From the NCBI GenBank assembly GCA_964016885.1, contig OZ024744.1, positions 87,916,001-87,980,000 of the forward strand: a DNA stretch of 64,000 nucleotides, written 5' to 3'. This document shows, in pieces, positions 13,847 through 26,851 of the stretch; position 1 is the stretch's first letter, and every line of letters starts with the position of its first letter. The notes beneath the pieces were generated by a model, which had not been told where the DNA came from, did no database searches, and worked only from the letters and a program-made list of their open reading frames with translations. The position numbers were made by a program, and so were the translations under genes. The DNA comes from Eledone cirrhosa. Its lineage: Eukaryota.

Positions 13847-13965
13847 GTAATAAATATGTTTCATATGTAAACGAAACTTCCTCGTTTCTTTTCTATTATA
13901 TACACTTTGCCTGTGCATAGAATACTTGATTTGGTAGCAACACTAGTATTTCACCGTACTACCTA

Positions 13966-14007
<42 letters not shown>

Positions 14008-14009
14008 CG

Positions 14010-14490
14010 TAACAATCTTGAAATCCTCTCTACCAAACAAAATAAAGAGAGGCTTCTTCAGAGCTGTTGTTCAGTCGGTTCTTTTATATGGTTCTTTAGC
14101 ATGGACAATGACACACAGATTAGTAAACAAGCTTAATGGGGACAAACATTCGAATGCAGCGCATAGTGCTGAACAGGTCTTGGAAGTAGCATTTCTTGAA
14201 TGAAGAAGTATATGAACAGATCCCTCTTGTATCAGCTTTAGTTAGGGAAAAGAAGGATAAGTTAAGCTGGGCACTGCTACTGAAGCAAAGACGATCTTGT
14301 CAGCGGTCTTCTTTTGTGGATCTCAACCCATGGACACTTTAACATCAGATGTCCTCGAATCATTTATATCAATCAACTGACTAATGATGCTCGTTTGACA
14401 ATCGAAGACCTGAAAACCATGATCGAAAAGAAGAGTGGAATTGGCCTGTGTATTTCGGCCGATCCGAAGATGAGGTTGAAGATGATAGTT
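14010..14490 (+). mobile_element. RTE-type LINE 3' fragment
   Basis: FFRAVVQSVLLYGSLAW and LAGHC motifs of the RTE RT thumb and C-terminus; frameshifted. Confidence 0.7.
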
Positions 14491-14580
14491 TTCCAAAAGA
14501 TGTCAACATGAATTGACCTGTTCTTTTTATCTAAAGACATTTTTCTAAGTCCACCCCACCTGTCCCTTCAATCTATCTTA

Positions 14581-14710
14581 TTTCTCATTCTTTCTTCTGA
14601 TGAAAGACTAGCATACGAAAAGTTAAGACCCTGCTATTTCAAGCATTAAGCTAATATATTCCTTCCATATACTATACCGATTGTGTTGTTATTTCTGTTT
14701 ACTTTTACAT
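14581..14710 (+). repeat. short repeat with hammerhead-like core; homolog at ~49995-50130 (-)
   Basis: CTGATGA...GAAA core at 14597-14620; shared downstream CTGCTATTTCAAGC...ATATTCCTTCCATATAC; the 50081-50117 copy reads CTGATGA-tGGAC tagc GTCT-GAAA-CG-TT. Confidence 0.55.
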
Positions 14711-14908
14711 ATATATATATATATAAATGTAAGCTATCGCCGTATTTTGACTAAAGAAATTAAAGAAATTATTTAGCCTGATAGTCAAAATACGGCTATA
14801 ACTTACATTTCTAATAATTTCAAACGCACTCGCTGTTTCGAAAATATTCTTACTTGACATTACAGTCGCTAAGTTTATAGCTTCTAATTTGAATGGAAAA
14901 AGGCGGGT

Positions 14909-14980
14909 GATGTGTTGGTGTAAATGGTAGCACAGTGGTCCGGATAACCAAAGATGTGGGTTCGACTCCCATGTACGTCA
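14909..14980 (+). tRNA. tRNA-like cloverleaf (pseudo-tRNA, GGA at anticodon position)
   Basis: Acceptor GATGTGT/GTACGTC, D arm GTGT-AAATGGTA-GCAC, anticodon stem TGGT/ACCA with loop CCGGATA, T arm GTGGG-TTCGACT-CCCAT; lacks U33. Confidence 0.5.
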
Positions 14981-15170
14981 ATACTCATCTATTTCCATTT
15001 CTCCGAGGGTTTTTAACCCCACTATCAGGCTAAATAATTTCTTTAGTCAAAATACGGTGATAATTTACATTTCTAATAATTTCAAACCCACTCGCTGTTT
15101 CAAAAATATTCTTACTTGATATTACTGTCGCTAAGTTTATAGCTTCTAATTTGAATGGAAAAAGACGGGT

Positions 15171-15242
15171 GATGTGTTGGTGTAAATGGTAGCACAGTGG
15201 TCCGGATAACCAAAGATGTGGGTTCGACTCCCATGTACGTCA
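15171..15242 (+). tRNA. tRNA-like cloverleaf, identical second copy
   Basis: Same sequence as 14909-14980. Confidence 0.5.
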
Positions 15243-15463
15243 ATACTCATCTTTTTCCATTTCTCCGAGGGGTTTTTACCCCACTATCAGGCTAAATAAT
15301 TTCTTTAATTTCTTTAGTCAAAATACGGTGATAACTTACATTTCTAATAATTTCAAACCCACTCGCTGTTTCGAAAATATTCTTACTTGTATATATATAT
15401 ATTAGAAAGTGAGGTTTTTTTTACAAAATGAAAAATAACCGAGGTGTCCTACACGAGTGAAAG

Positions 15464-15732
15464 TATAAAGAGAGAAAGATGAAATCGAAAATGCAACTGG
15501 AGTCTTATTTTAAAAAAAGTATATATATTTATTTGGTTCCTTTACCGGTTTCGCAGTTCTTCTGCTTTTCAAAAGTAGAGTTGAGATGGAGTTGAGAAAA
15601 ACCACAGCCCCTCCATCTCAACTCTACTTTTGAAAAGCAGAAGAACTGCGAAACCGGTAAAGGAACCAAATAAATATATATACTTTTTTAAAAATAAGAC
15701 TCCAGTTGCATTTTCGATTTCATCTTTTTTTC

Positions 15733-15740
<8 letters not shown>
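15464..15740. repeat. fold-back palindrome, ~125-bp arms and 21-nt spacer
   Basis: 15464-15590 is the reverse complement of 15612-15740. Confidence 0.95.
15627..15662 (+). ncRNA. minimal hammerhead motif with U3-A8 variant core (mirror copy on -)
   Basis: CTT-TTGAAAA-GCAG aagaa CTGC-GAAA-CCGG-TA-AAG. Confidence 0.65.
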
Positions 15741-15775
<35 letters not shown>

Positions 15776-16155
15776 AAGGATAAGTATTTACTCTTAATTT
15801 TATTTTGAGTTAAGATTCTATTGGTTTTTTTCCCCGGATTACAAAAAATCTGTGGATAAAATTTCTGGTCTTGACTTGTTTTGAATTGGGATTACATTAT
15901 TTTCCCATATCTTACATTAAATATTTTTCATCTTGACGTAATATTCACTTATATGTCTGAATTACTGTTGGCTTCTTGCTTACATTAATTTCTCTATTTT
16001 CATTTATATATTTATACTCGGAATTTTTCCTAGAGTGCTTAAAATTATTTGACTAATCCCGGTTTTTTTACTGTTCGCTTCTTGCTTACATTAATTTCAC
16101 TATTTTCATATACACACACACACATATATATATAATAATAATAATAATAATAATC

Positions 16156-16205
<50 letters not shown>

Positions 16206-16206
<1 letters not shown>

Positions 16207-16404
16207 TTTTCTTTATTAACCACAAGGGTTCACATAAAGTAGACATTAAGGACAGTACAGGACAATACAGGACGGTACAAATGGGCATTTCTGCGTGTAA
16301 AAAAACAGAGGTTGAAATAAAATAACAAAGAAAAATTCCCCAATAGGGGGAGACTTCCAAGGGACATTTGTGGAGAAAGCCCATTAAAAGACCACAGTGG
16401 CCCT
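16206..16404 (-). mobile_element. 3' UTR stub of the Tx1-like LINE
   Basis: Close homolog of 20385-20590; abuts the (AAT)n array at 16132-16205. Confidence 0.85.
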
Positions 16405-18752
16405 TGGATCTAAGAAAAACCAGCAAATAGAAATCCCCAGGAAAAGACAAAATACAAAACTTTTGGATAAATGCCTTCACAGAGTCTCATGAGCTGTTAG
16501 CCCAACTTTACAATGAAATAGTTAAGGAGCCAGAAAAGATACCTTCATGGCTAGTTAACGGCATTATTTTCCTGCTTCCGAAGAATGATCAGACAACAAT
16601 CCCAAAAATTACAGACCGATACCAGAAAGGGTGTAAACGAGGCTCATATGGCTGTAAGGATCAGCTTCTGGTTAACAAAATGATACTGGAAGATTGTCAT
16701 AATAGACACAAAAATCTATCGATTGCTTGGATAGATTATAAAAAAGCATTTGATAGTTTGCAACACAGTTGGATTGAAAAATGTTTAGAGATTTTCAAAG
16801 TATCCCCCGTTGTCAGGAGGTTTTTGTCATTCAGTATGAAGACATGGAAAACGATACTCCTTTTGAATAGTGAAACAAAATCACTGGAAGATGGAGAAGT
16901 TAATATTAATTGTGGAATTTTTCAGGGTGACTCTTTATCACCGCTTTTATTCTGCATCGCACTTATACCATTAAGTAAAATGCTCAATGAAACAAAACAT
17001 GGATATAAAGTCTATGACAAAACCATTAATCACCTGTTCTACATGGATGACCTGAAACTATTTGCAAAAAATGATGAACAATTGCAAGGGCTATTATCCA
17101 CTGTGAAGCAGTTCAGTGATGACATTAAAATGGAGTTTGGACTAGATAAATGCACCAAAGCAACGTTCACCAGAGGAAAGCTGCTGAAGAGTTCAGACAT
17201 TAATCTTGATCGGGGGAACGTGATAAGAGAACTTGATAAAGAAAAAACTTACAAATATCTAGGTGTTTGTGAAGGAGACGGAATCAAGCACTCGACAATG
17301 AGGGAAAGGATAAGGAAGGAATGTTACCGCAGAGTGAGAGCAATCTTAAGAACGGAATTGAATGCAAGGAATAGGATCGATGCCATAAACACGCTTGCCA
17401 TACCAGTAGTAACCTACAGTTACAATGTCATCAACTGGTCAAGCACAGAGATCCGTAGGCTCGATACAAAAATTCGAAAATTCTTAACCATGCACAGAAT
17501 GCATCACCCTAAAGCAGATATAGATAGAATATATCTCCCTAGGAAAGAAGGAGGACGTTGGTTAATCCAGTTAGACATTGCGTTGAAAACTGCAACAATT
17601 GGATTATCTACATATCTAAGGGAATCACATGATTGGATGATCAAACTCGTTTTGAAACACGAAAGCATCAAAAGATCATATTCCATTACAAAAGATGCAC
17701 AAAGATACAGTAATGGACTACAAATTTCAGAAGTCCCATTTACTGCTGAAATGGAAAACAGAAAAAGCAAAGCAGGTAAAAGTAACTGCAAAGAAAGAAC
17801 TGCTACAGAAACTGGCTAAGATTAGGCAAGAAAAGCCTCTGTATGGAAAATACCCAGAGCGAGCTAACAATCCTGATGTTGACAAAACTTTAACCCATCA
17901 GTGGTTGGCATCCTCTGGACTGAAATCGGAGACTGAAGGACTGATTATATCGGCACAAGATCAGTGTCTGCCAACAAAAAATTATCAAGCCAACATAATA
18001 AAAAATGGGTGCAGCCCATTATGCCGTGTATGCAAAAAACAACCAGACACCATTGACCATATAATTTCAATGTGCAGTCCTATAGCTCCAACCGAATACC
18101 TAAACAGGCATGACAGAGCTGCACAATACATACATTGGATAATGTGTAAGCATTGTGACCTTCCCCATCAAAAGAATTGGTGGGAGCATCAACCACCTCC
18201 CATACTTGAAAAAGATCACATCTCAATCTTGTGGAACTTTAGCATCCAAACAGACCGAAAAATAGATGCAAACAGACCTGATATAATATTGAAAGACTTT
18301 CAAAAGAGGGTATGCCTGCTAATTGATATGTCTGTTCCAATAGACAAAAATGTATCTATAAAAACATTTGAAAAATTGAGCAAGTATAAGGACCTGGAGA
18401 TAGAAATTGGAAAAATGTGGAAATTGAGAACTAAAACAATACCAGTGGTTGTAGGCGCTCTGGGATTGATACCTAAGGGGTATAATGATTACATATCGCA
18501 AATCCCAGGAAACCCGCGTATAGGAGAAATAGAAAAGATAGTACTAATGGAAACTGCCCATATACTAAGGAAGATTCTGTCAATATAAATACATCACAAG
18601 TCTAAACACTAAAGATGCATGTGTGAATATGTATGTTCGTTCTTGAACATGGCGGACCTTGTTGTCTCTTGAGGTCACTGGTTGTGACTTGGTGATAACT
18701 CATATGAACATAAAGCAAGATAAATGCAACTGTAATAATAATAATAATGATA
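16405..18752 (+). mobile_element. 5'-truncated R4/Dong-like RLE non-LTR retrotransposon
   Basis: RT motifs KSPG.D, NYRPI, IDYKKAFDS, GIFQGDSLSP, FYMDDLKL, YLG; zinc finger CRVC..H...C, RHD and PD..D RLE endonuclease; (TAA)n tail; internal deletion near 16620 and frameshift near 17760. Confidence 0.9.
16680..18588 (+). pseudogene. RT plus restriction-like endonuclease ORF, split by one frameshift (16680-17819, 17695-18588)
   Basis: ORF track translations carry the RT and RLE motifs listed above. Confidence 0.88.
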
Positions 18753-18829
18753 AAGTGTGGAGTCATTGTTATGAGGAGGGGTAGGTTGAGCAGAAGTAAC
18801 GGAATCCAGATACCAACAGGTGAGATGAT

Positions 18830-20156
18830 AAAGGAAATTGACTCTGAGGTATTTGGGCGTTCTGGAGGCTGATGGCATAGAGAACAAAAAAAATGAAGGA
18901 ATTGTTAAGAACTGAATACATTCGGAGAGTAAGGAGCGTATTGAAGTCACATCTGAACAGCAGAAATGCCATAAGCGCAGTAAATTCCCGAGCTGTGTCT
19001 ATTATTAGATACAGTGCGAGAATTCTGAGATGGAATGTTGCTGAACAAAAAGAAATGAATAGGAAGACTAGGAAGCTATTGGCTATCTACAACATGTTCC
19101 ACAAGCGAAGTGATGTCGATAGACTCTACCTAAGGAGATCTGAGGGTGGAAGAGGTCTTATCAGCATAGAGGACTGTGTTCAGATGGAGAAAAACAACCT
19201 ACACAAATACGTGACTGATAGTAAGGAGCCAATGCTCAGAACTGTACTGAAGGAGGGGACAATAGGCCAGGGGATGTCCAAGGAGGAAATAACATCAAGG
19301 AGGAAGAGCAGCCTTCAGGGAAAATCCCTTCATAGTACCTTCTTTGAGAAAACTGAATTTAGATATCCACAGACATGGAACTGGTTGAGAAGAGGAGACC
19401 TCAAAAAGGCTACAGAAGGAATGTTAATGGCTGCGCAGGAGCAGGCCCTCAAAACGAAGTGGTTGAAACACCATATTTACAAGGAGGAGGCTAGCCCACT
19501 GTGCAGAATCTGTGGAGAGAGAGAGGAGACTGTGGCTCACATTGTATCCGAGTGTAAACACCTAGCCCAGACCCACTATAAGGGCTGGAGACATGATGTG
19601 ATGGGCAGGGTGATCCACTGCCACCTGTGCAAAGTAAACAGTTTACCACATTCTGAGAAATGGTATGAGCATAAGCCAGAGGCGGTGATGGAGAACGATC
19701 AGGTGAAGGTGCTGTGGGATTTTAGGATACAGACGGACAAGAAACTGGAACACAATGGACCTGACCTGGTGGTTGTGGACAAAGAAAAAAGATCGTGTCT
19801 GATTGTGGATGTGGCCTGCCCATTCGACACGAGAGTGCAAGAGAAGGAGAGGGAGAAAATTAACCGATACCAGGACTTAAAGTGGGAGGTAAAAAGGATT
19901 TGGAACTGCCATGAAGTCAAAGTGATCCCGATTGTCATAGGCGCACTGGGGACTATCTCCAAAAGTTTCCAGGATGGTTAAAGAAAATCGGCCCCTTCAC
20001 GCTTTTTGGAACGCTTCAAAAGGCATGCTTGCTGGGAACAGCAAGAACCCTCCGATACGTCCTGAATATCTGAGGCTGCAGGTAGTGGCTTGATATTCAT
20101 TCCAACGGACTTTCCGGTTAACTAACATCAATGACTGAGATTCAAGGAATAGTAAC

Positions 20157-20196
<40 letters not shown>
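18830..20196 (+). mobile_element. second 5'-truncated R4/Dong-like LINE of a different subfamily
   Basis: ORF 18893-19981: RLYL.R.EGGRGL, AAQEQAL, CRIC..H...C, RHD, LWDF.IQTD, PD..D; frameshift near 19970; (TAA)n tail. Confidence 0.9.
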
Positions 20197-20198
<2 letters not shown>

Positions 20199-20380
20199 TG
20201 TTTCTACTTTAGGCACAAGGCCAGCAATTACCCAGTGCATTACTGGTACTTTATTTTATCGACACCGTAAGGATGAAAGGCAAAGTCAACCACGGCGGGA
20301 TTTGAACTCAGATCGTAAAGGGACGTAACTATGCTGGAAAGCATGGCCTCCGACCCTCTACCGATACTGCCAATCCACCG
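20197..20380 (-). mobile_element. full tRNA-derived SINE copy between the Dong tail and the Tx1 3' end
   Basis: Reverse complement of the 1331 SINE. Confidence 0.9.
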
Positions 20381-20634
20381 CCCTGTTTTCTTTATTAACC
20401 ACAAGGGTTTACATAAAGTAGACATTAAGGACAGTGCAGGACAATACAGGACGGTACAAATGGGCATTTCTGCGTGTAAAAAACAAAAACAGAGGATGTA
20501 ACAAAAAATAACAATGAAAAATTCCGCAATAGGGGGGAGACTTCGGAGGGACATTTGTGGAGAAAGCCCAGTAAAAGGCCACAATGACCCTGACCACCAA
20601 GGCAAGTGCCCTCTCCCAGTTTTCCACCTTTAAT

Positions 20635-23600
20635 TTACAGATATATACTCAGAGTAGGCCCATTCTCTCGGGCCATTCTTGCTTCTCTCACCCATCTTTC
20701 AACAAAATGCTGGGAAGAGAGCACTTCCCTCTCTACTCTCATTTTCCTTTTCAAATGAAATTTGAAAAACTCAATCAGAGCATCACCGAAGAGGTAAGTG
20801 CTCGTCTTCAGCCCTTTCAAACGTGTCTACCATACTATCTCTTTCGCCATGGCCACCAGACAGAAAAAAAATGCCTGCCCTTCCCGGCTAAAGGAAGAGG
20901 GCGGGGCAATCCTCACGATGGACTCAGCTGATAGCCGGATCCGTCCTACACGCGACAGCAGGTGTTCGACATAAACCCACAAGTCAGAAATTTTCGGACA
21001 CTGGACGAGTGCGTGCAGGACGGCTCCGTCGCCCTGCGCGCATCTCGGACATGCCCGGCTGACGGCACCTCCATGCCTGTAGAGTTTATCCCGAACTGGC
21101 AAGGCTCCTCTGTAGCATTGCCAGGCCAGAGATTTCTGGAAGTTGTCCATAGGTCCCGGCCCGAAAGTTCTTCCGAAGAGATTGGCTAGTTGATTTTCGT
21201 TGACGCCTAGAGTTTCCCCAAGTACGTCGTCGCTCTTCCCCTTCACTAATCCTCTATAGAACGCCGAGGTAGAGTTTCCACTGATCAGATTGCCCGATTG
21301 GTCGAGGACTGTGAGCGCCTGAAGACATTCCAGTCTCCAAGCACTCCCGCTCGGTCTTCACTTGACCAAGGACTGCAGCTCCGTCAAGGAAACGAGCTGG
21401 GGAAATACGTGTCTAGCAAACGGCGACCACACCTGATCACCGTCGAGGAAGAGGTGGAGTTGTCGTAGCCTGAGCCCGCGTCTGCGCATCATCAGCCACG
21501 GCATTCCCAGCCCTCCACGTAGCGGGTGTTGACAGCAGATGGACCGCCTGACCATCGGAGCGCGTCCCTTCCACAAAAAGCGAAAGAGCAAACGCTCCAG
21601 CGCAGTCAGGCGGGGCTTAGGACAAGGTACGACGGAGAGGCGGTAGCAGATGACAGACGCGATGTACGCGTTAACCACCTCCGCTCGACATTTCAGGGAT
21701 AGCTTCCTCTCCGCCCATTTCTGGGTGAGAGAAGCTACCCTGCTCGTCACCTCGTCCCAGTTTTTGTCAGTCTGGAGGTGCGGACGAACCAGACCCCTAG
21801 CAATTTAACCGGTCCGTCTGTCCAGCGTCCGACGACGCTGTTGGATGGCATGGACCTGCCTCTCCAGGTGCCGAGCTGCAGGCCCACTGACTTTTCCTGT
21901 TTGATCATTGCTCCGGTCAACGCTTCGTATTCTCTTAGTGTAGTGCCGATCGCTTCGATGTGTTTGGCGTTAGACACCACTACGGTGACATCGTCCACAT
22001 ATGCTGACACGGATCTTCCGCATCCTAGTTCGCTCGGGACGCCACTAAACGTCACCAGTTTGTGCAGCAATGGCTCGAGAGTCAATACGTACAAGAGGGA
22101 CGAGAGGGGACATCCTTGGCGGACCGAGCGCATGATGTTGAACGGTTCCGAAAAGTGACCGTTCACTCTAACCACAGAGCAGATGTCGCTGTGCATGGCA
22201 GCGAGCCAGCCTCTGAAGACTGGCCCAAAGTCAGCCGCCCTCAGGACTGCCGCTAGGTAACGATGGTCGACCCTATCGAAAGCTTTCAAGTGATTTCAAT
22301 TGATCAAGGACCCACCCGTGCCAGGTTCCCAAGCTACCCTCTCTACGATGTATCGCATGAGGTGGAGGTTGTCGTAGATGGATCTGGCGGGAGTGGCGCA
22401 TGTCTGCGCTTCTCCCACCAGACCACCAACGACAAGCGCCAACCTCTTTGCTAGCACCTTGGCCAAAATCTTGAATTCTGTGTTTAGCAGGGTTATGGCC
22501 TGAAATTATCTATGTTATCCCACTTGTTCGGATCCTTTCTCTGCAGTGCCACCGCTCCTCGGCTCACAGAGCTGGGAATTCTCCCGTTCTGTTGCCAGTT
22601 GCAGTAGACGTCCGCCAAGAGGCCTCTTAACAAGTTTGGCATCTGTACGTAAAGTTCATAGGGCAGACCATCCAAACCAGGCGATTTACCCCTTGTGCAG
22701 CCAGTCATTGCATCCCGTACTTCAGCGGCTGTTATCGGTATTTCGCAACACTCCGTCTCAGTGGCCGAGAGCCGCGGCAGTCCGTCGAGGTAGACACTAA
22801 AGTCCATCCCTTGACCCGGCACACCGCTTCCCCTGAACAGCTGAGCGAAGTGTCGCTGAAAAGCTTCACACATTTGCCCGGGACCGAGTAGCATGCGCCC
22901 GTCGTGGTCCACCAAAGACGGATCGTCGCTTTGTTGCAACGACGCGCCTCTGCCACTGGGGCCCATTGAACGGCTTTCGTCCCCTCGTGTCTGAGAGCAC
23001 GCACCCTAGCTCTGACAACGCAGCCTTCGTGCTTTGCATTGAAGAATTGGTCAAGGGCCAATTTCACCGCAAGTACGTCGGGCGCGATGCCTTTGCAAAG
23101 CGCCTCGTCTAATTTTCTAACTAATTCTCCCTTTGCTCTATATTTCTCTATTGCTAAAGCCTGACTAAACCTAATGGACTCTATTCTAATTGCTCTTTTC
23201 AGAGCAAACCACCACTTGTTGTTGACGATGGCCCCCGTCAACGCCCGCTTAACTGGTTCGCTAATCCGGTCTCTGTAGGCCTTGCGTGCTGGTAAGGACG
23301 CGTTTAGCTTCCAGTAGCCGGGTCCTCGTCTATGAAGCCTATCTAAGTCAAGCACACAGATCACGAATTTGTGGACAGCCTATGCTAGACCTATCTATTT
23401 CCCTACAAAATACTCTATCTAGATGTGATCTGGATGATCCCATGCGATTTGGCACATTCGGAAAATCCAATCGGTACCTGTCAGACAGTTCAAAACGCCT
23501 GAACAGGTTGGTGAGGCTCTTGCACCCTCCACCCTTATCCGCTAATCCCACACACTCCCAGCGTGCATCTAAGATCTCGTTCCAGTCGCCCACTAACACT

Positions 23601-24015
23601 AAAGAGCGGGACGTTCCAAGAAAGGTTTCCAGACGCCGGAAGAAATCAGGCCGCCCTGCTCCTGTCGGGGCATAGACGGCCACTAGCCTGAAAGCTTGCC
23701 CGTCTCCGCTGGTCACGTCCAGCACCACCAACTTACCCTCTGGGTCCAGGAATATGGCCCGTATGGCGAGTTCCAAACATCTCCGAAAAAGCACAGCAAC
23801 CCCCCCCCCCCCCCCCCGACGGCTGGGCGGCTGGGAGATGCGTACACATCGTAGCCGCCGAAGATCGGTGCGAAGGCCCGTGCTTCGGAGATTCTGGCCT
23901 CGCTGATGGCCACTACATCTATGTTTAGTGACCTGAGGTCGTTGAGCAGGTGACCCTGCTTCCATGACGACCCCAAGCCACGCGCATTTATGCTGCCTAT
24001 TCTGAGTGAGGTCAT
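20635..24015 (-). pseudogene. Tx1-like ORF2 (APE endonuclease, RT, zinc finger) with multiple frameshifts
   Basis: Colinear pieces 23713-24015, 23348-24088, 22732-23364, 22493-22966, 21747-22289, 21358-21750, 20827-21246, 20635-20820. Confidence 0.88.
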
Positions 24016-24050
24016 GTTTAAAATAGAGTGGAAAAGATGGATAAGAACAT

Positions 24051-26206
24051 TTACCGTACTTTTCGTAGAGGAAGGATGGTTTCTCCATCCCTTTTCACTT
24101 GATCGTCTGGTAAAGGGACCGTTGAATCGTCCCTTCGGCTGGTCGTCGGCTCTTCTATGAGTATGTCCGAATATTCTCTCCAGTTGAGACTCACTCCTAG
24201 GTCTCTGAAATCACCAACTGCGTTGGGGAATTTCGTTTTAATGTTTGTGTATTGTTTCTGTGCTATTTTTAGCACTCTTATGTTCGTTGGCGTTTTGATT
24301 GGTGCAGGTATTATGTAGTCGTGCTGTGAAATGTCTGTGTTCAATTATGTAAGTCATTAGTTTCTTGTTGTGTGTATTTATTTGCCGTGCATTTGTTTTT
24401 CCAGGGGTGGAGTGTGGTTCTGCTATTTTCTTGTCGTTGTTGCTGGGTGTGTGTGTTTTGTTGTTGTGTTTGCGATGTTGGTGCTTGTGGTGGTCGTGTT
24501 GAAGGTGTTGTTGTTGTTGGCGGTGGGGTTGTCGCCGGTGGTGATGGTGGTGCTAGTGTGGGTGGTGATGGTGTTGGTGGTGTTGCTGCTGTGAGTCTCT
24601 TTGCAGTAGCCTTTACCCTATTTTCAATTCTTTCCTCCCTTTTCGAAGGCGACGATGCGCTGCTTCTGCGTTTGTGCCTTCTTACGACCTTTTGCCATCC
24701 CTCTCACACCTCACTCTCCATGTCTGATTCTGTGAGGTCGGGGAGGGGTACCAGCTCCACTCTTTCACTTGTTGTTGTTGGTGAAGTTTGCAGTGGAGTC
24801 TCTGTTGCAGCTGCATTTTGGTATTACTGTTGTTGTTGTTAATACTTCCACTGCTGCTGCTGTTCTTGATTTCTGTGGCGTGGGTATGGGTGCCACGGAC
24901 CTATCGTTCCTGGTTGCCGCTTGTCCTGTTGCTGGTAGCTGTGGAGCCGGTTTCGGAAGGAGGGGGATTTTCTCCTTTCTCAGGTTCTTCTCGTTGCAGA
25001 AGGCCCTGAGGTGAGTCTTCGATCCACAGCGAAAGCATTTCGGGCGTTTGCCCTCAACACTTATGGGCAGTTGAGTGCCGTTATCGATGTCTATCACATC
25101 CGGAATAGCTGCGATGCACTCCTGGTTGGTTTGGATTAACATCTCAATGGAGGTGCCGACCCAATCTTCTCTTACTTTTTTCTGTACTTGCAGTACAGTT
25201 GTTTTGTCCTCGATTCCGACGAGGACAGACGCGGCCAGCCAAGAAGGGGCCATCCCGGGGGGGGGGGGGACGTGGGTCAGTTTGACCCTCACAATTTTTT
25301 GCCCACAGTAGGAGTGCACCAACACCATTTCCTCGCTCCTTAGGATCACTAAGGATTGAGCCTTTGCCTCCTGTGGTGTGGCAAAAAGCACGTCTACGGT
25401 GGCATATTTTTTGCCTCGAGTGATATGCGTTTTCTGCTGCCACACAGACCCTAAGGCTTTTTGTATTTGAGCCTCTGTGCCTCTTTCAACCCTACGGGAT
25501 TTTGTGCTTACTGTACGGCCCGTGACTGTACAGTGCTGTTGGGTCTCGAAAAGTTTTTCGGCTGCCTTGCAGATGCTCGGTGTCCGGTTTTCGTCACCAT
25601 CTTCTTCGCTTCCTCCAATTCCTCATTTGTTATGAGGATAGTTTCTAGGTTCTTTGCGATACCTGCAAACGGGATTGGTTTTTCTTTGCTGCTGCTGTTG
25701 TTGTTGTTGTTGTCGTCAGAGCTGCTGTTACTTTTGTTGTTGCTGCAGGTACTACGACTACTGCCGCCGCCGCTGTTGCTGTGGTTGTTGTTGTTGTTGC
25801 TGCTGCTGCTGCTGCTGCTGTTGTTGTTGCTGTTGCTGCTAATGCTGTTGTTGTTTATGCTGCTGCTGTTGCTGTTGCGGCTGCTACTGTTGTTTTCCTT
25901 GTTACTGTTGCTGCTGCTGCTGTTATTACGGCTGCTACTGCTATTATTCATGACGTCAGATGAATGAAATGGGTTTTCGTATTTCCCGCACACCTTTTTC
26001 TTTGTCGTCGCCGTCGTGGAGAAATGTTGTACGCTTTCTACGTGATTTTTCTTTACTGGCGTCGCTTGCGAAAGGGAAGGGAGGGAGAGAGACACATTTA
26101 GAGAAGGGAAGGAGAGAGACAATCTTCTCTCTGCTGTAGTGACGATTGGGGAAGAAGAAGACGGAATGAGTGGGAGTGACCTATGAAAATTCTTTTTCGT
26201 AGCCAT
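24051..26206 (-). pseudogene. Tx1-like ORF1 (gag-like, CCHC knuckle, N/S- and T-rich low-complexity tracts), frameshifted
   Basis: ORFs 25508-26239, 24765-25445 (CX2CX4HX4C) and 24051-24344 lie directly upstream of ORF2. Confidence 0.75.
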
Positions 26207-26417
26207 GTTTTTTTTGTTTAAAATAAATATTGGGCACAAAACCCCAATAAGCGGTTATTTAACCCGAAGGGCCAAATAACGGGCAGAAAGACCCCTCTCA
26301 CGAGGAGTAGAGTGTTTTTGTCTACAATTTGGTTAAAGTTTTAAACAATTTACAATTGTTATAGCGGTCAAAATTTACAATACCTTACAAAGCCGAGCCT
26401 CCGTCAACCATGGCATT

Positions 26418-26850
<433 letters not shown>

Positions 26851-26851
26851 T

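Larger units (their letters stand above)
14725..15389. repeat. ~262-bp direct repeat (2.3 copies) with an inverted copy of its end on the left flank
   Basis: Units ~14780-15045, 15046-15315 and a partial to 15389; 14725-14785 is the reverse complement of ~15283-15343. Confidence 0.9.

Noticed and set aside
14909-15242. Functional tRNA-Ser(GGA) genes
   Set aside because: No U33, a mismatch at the top of the anticodon stem, no long variable arm, and embedded in a repeat; kept only as tRNA-like
17504-25967. Antisense ORFs overlapping the LINEs (for example 21778-22158, 23286-23675, 24372-24842)
   Set aside because: Shadow frames of transposon coding sequence with no recognisable motifs
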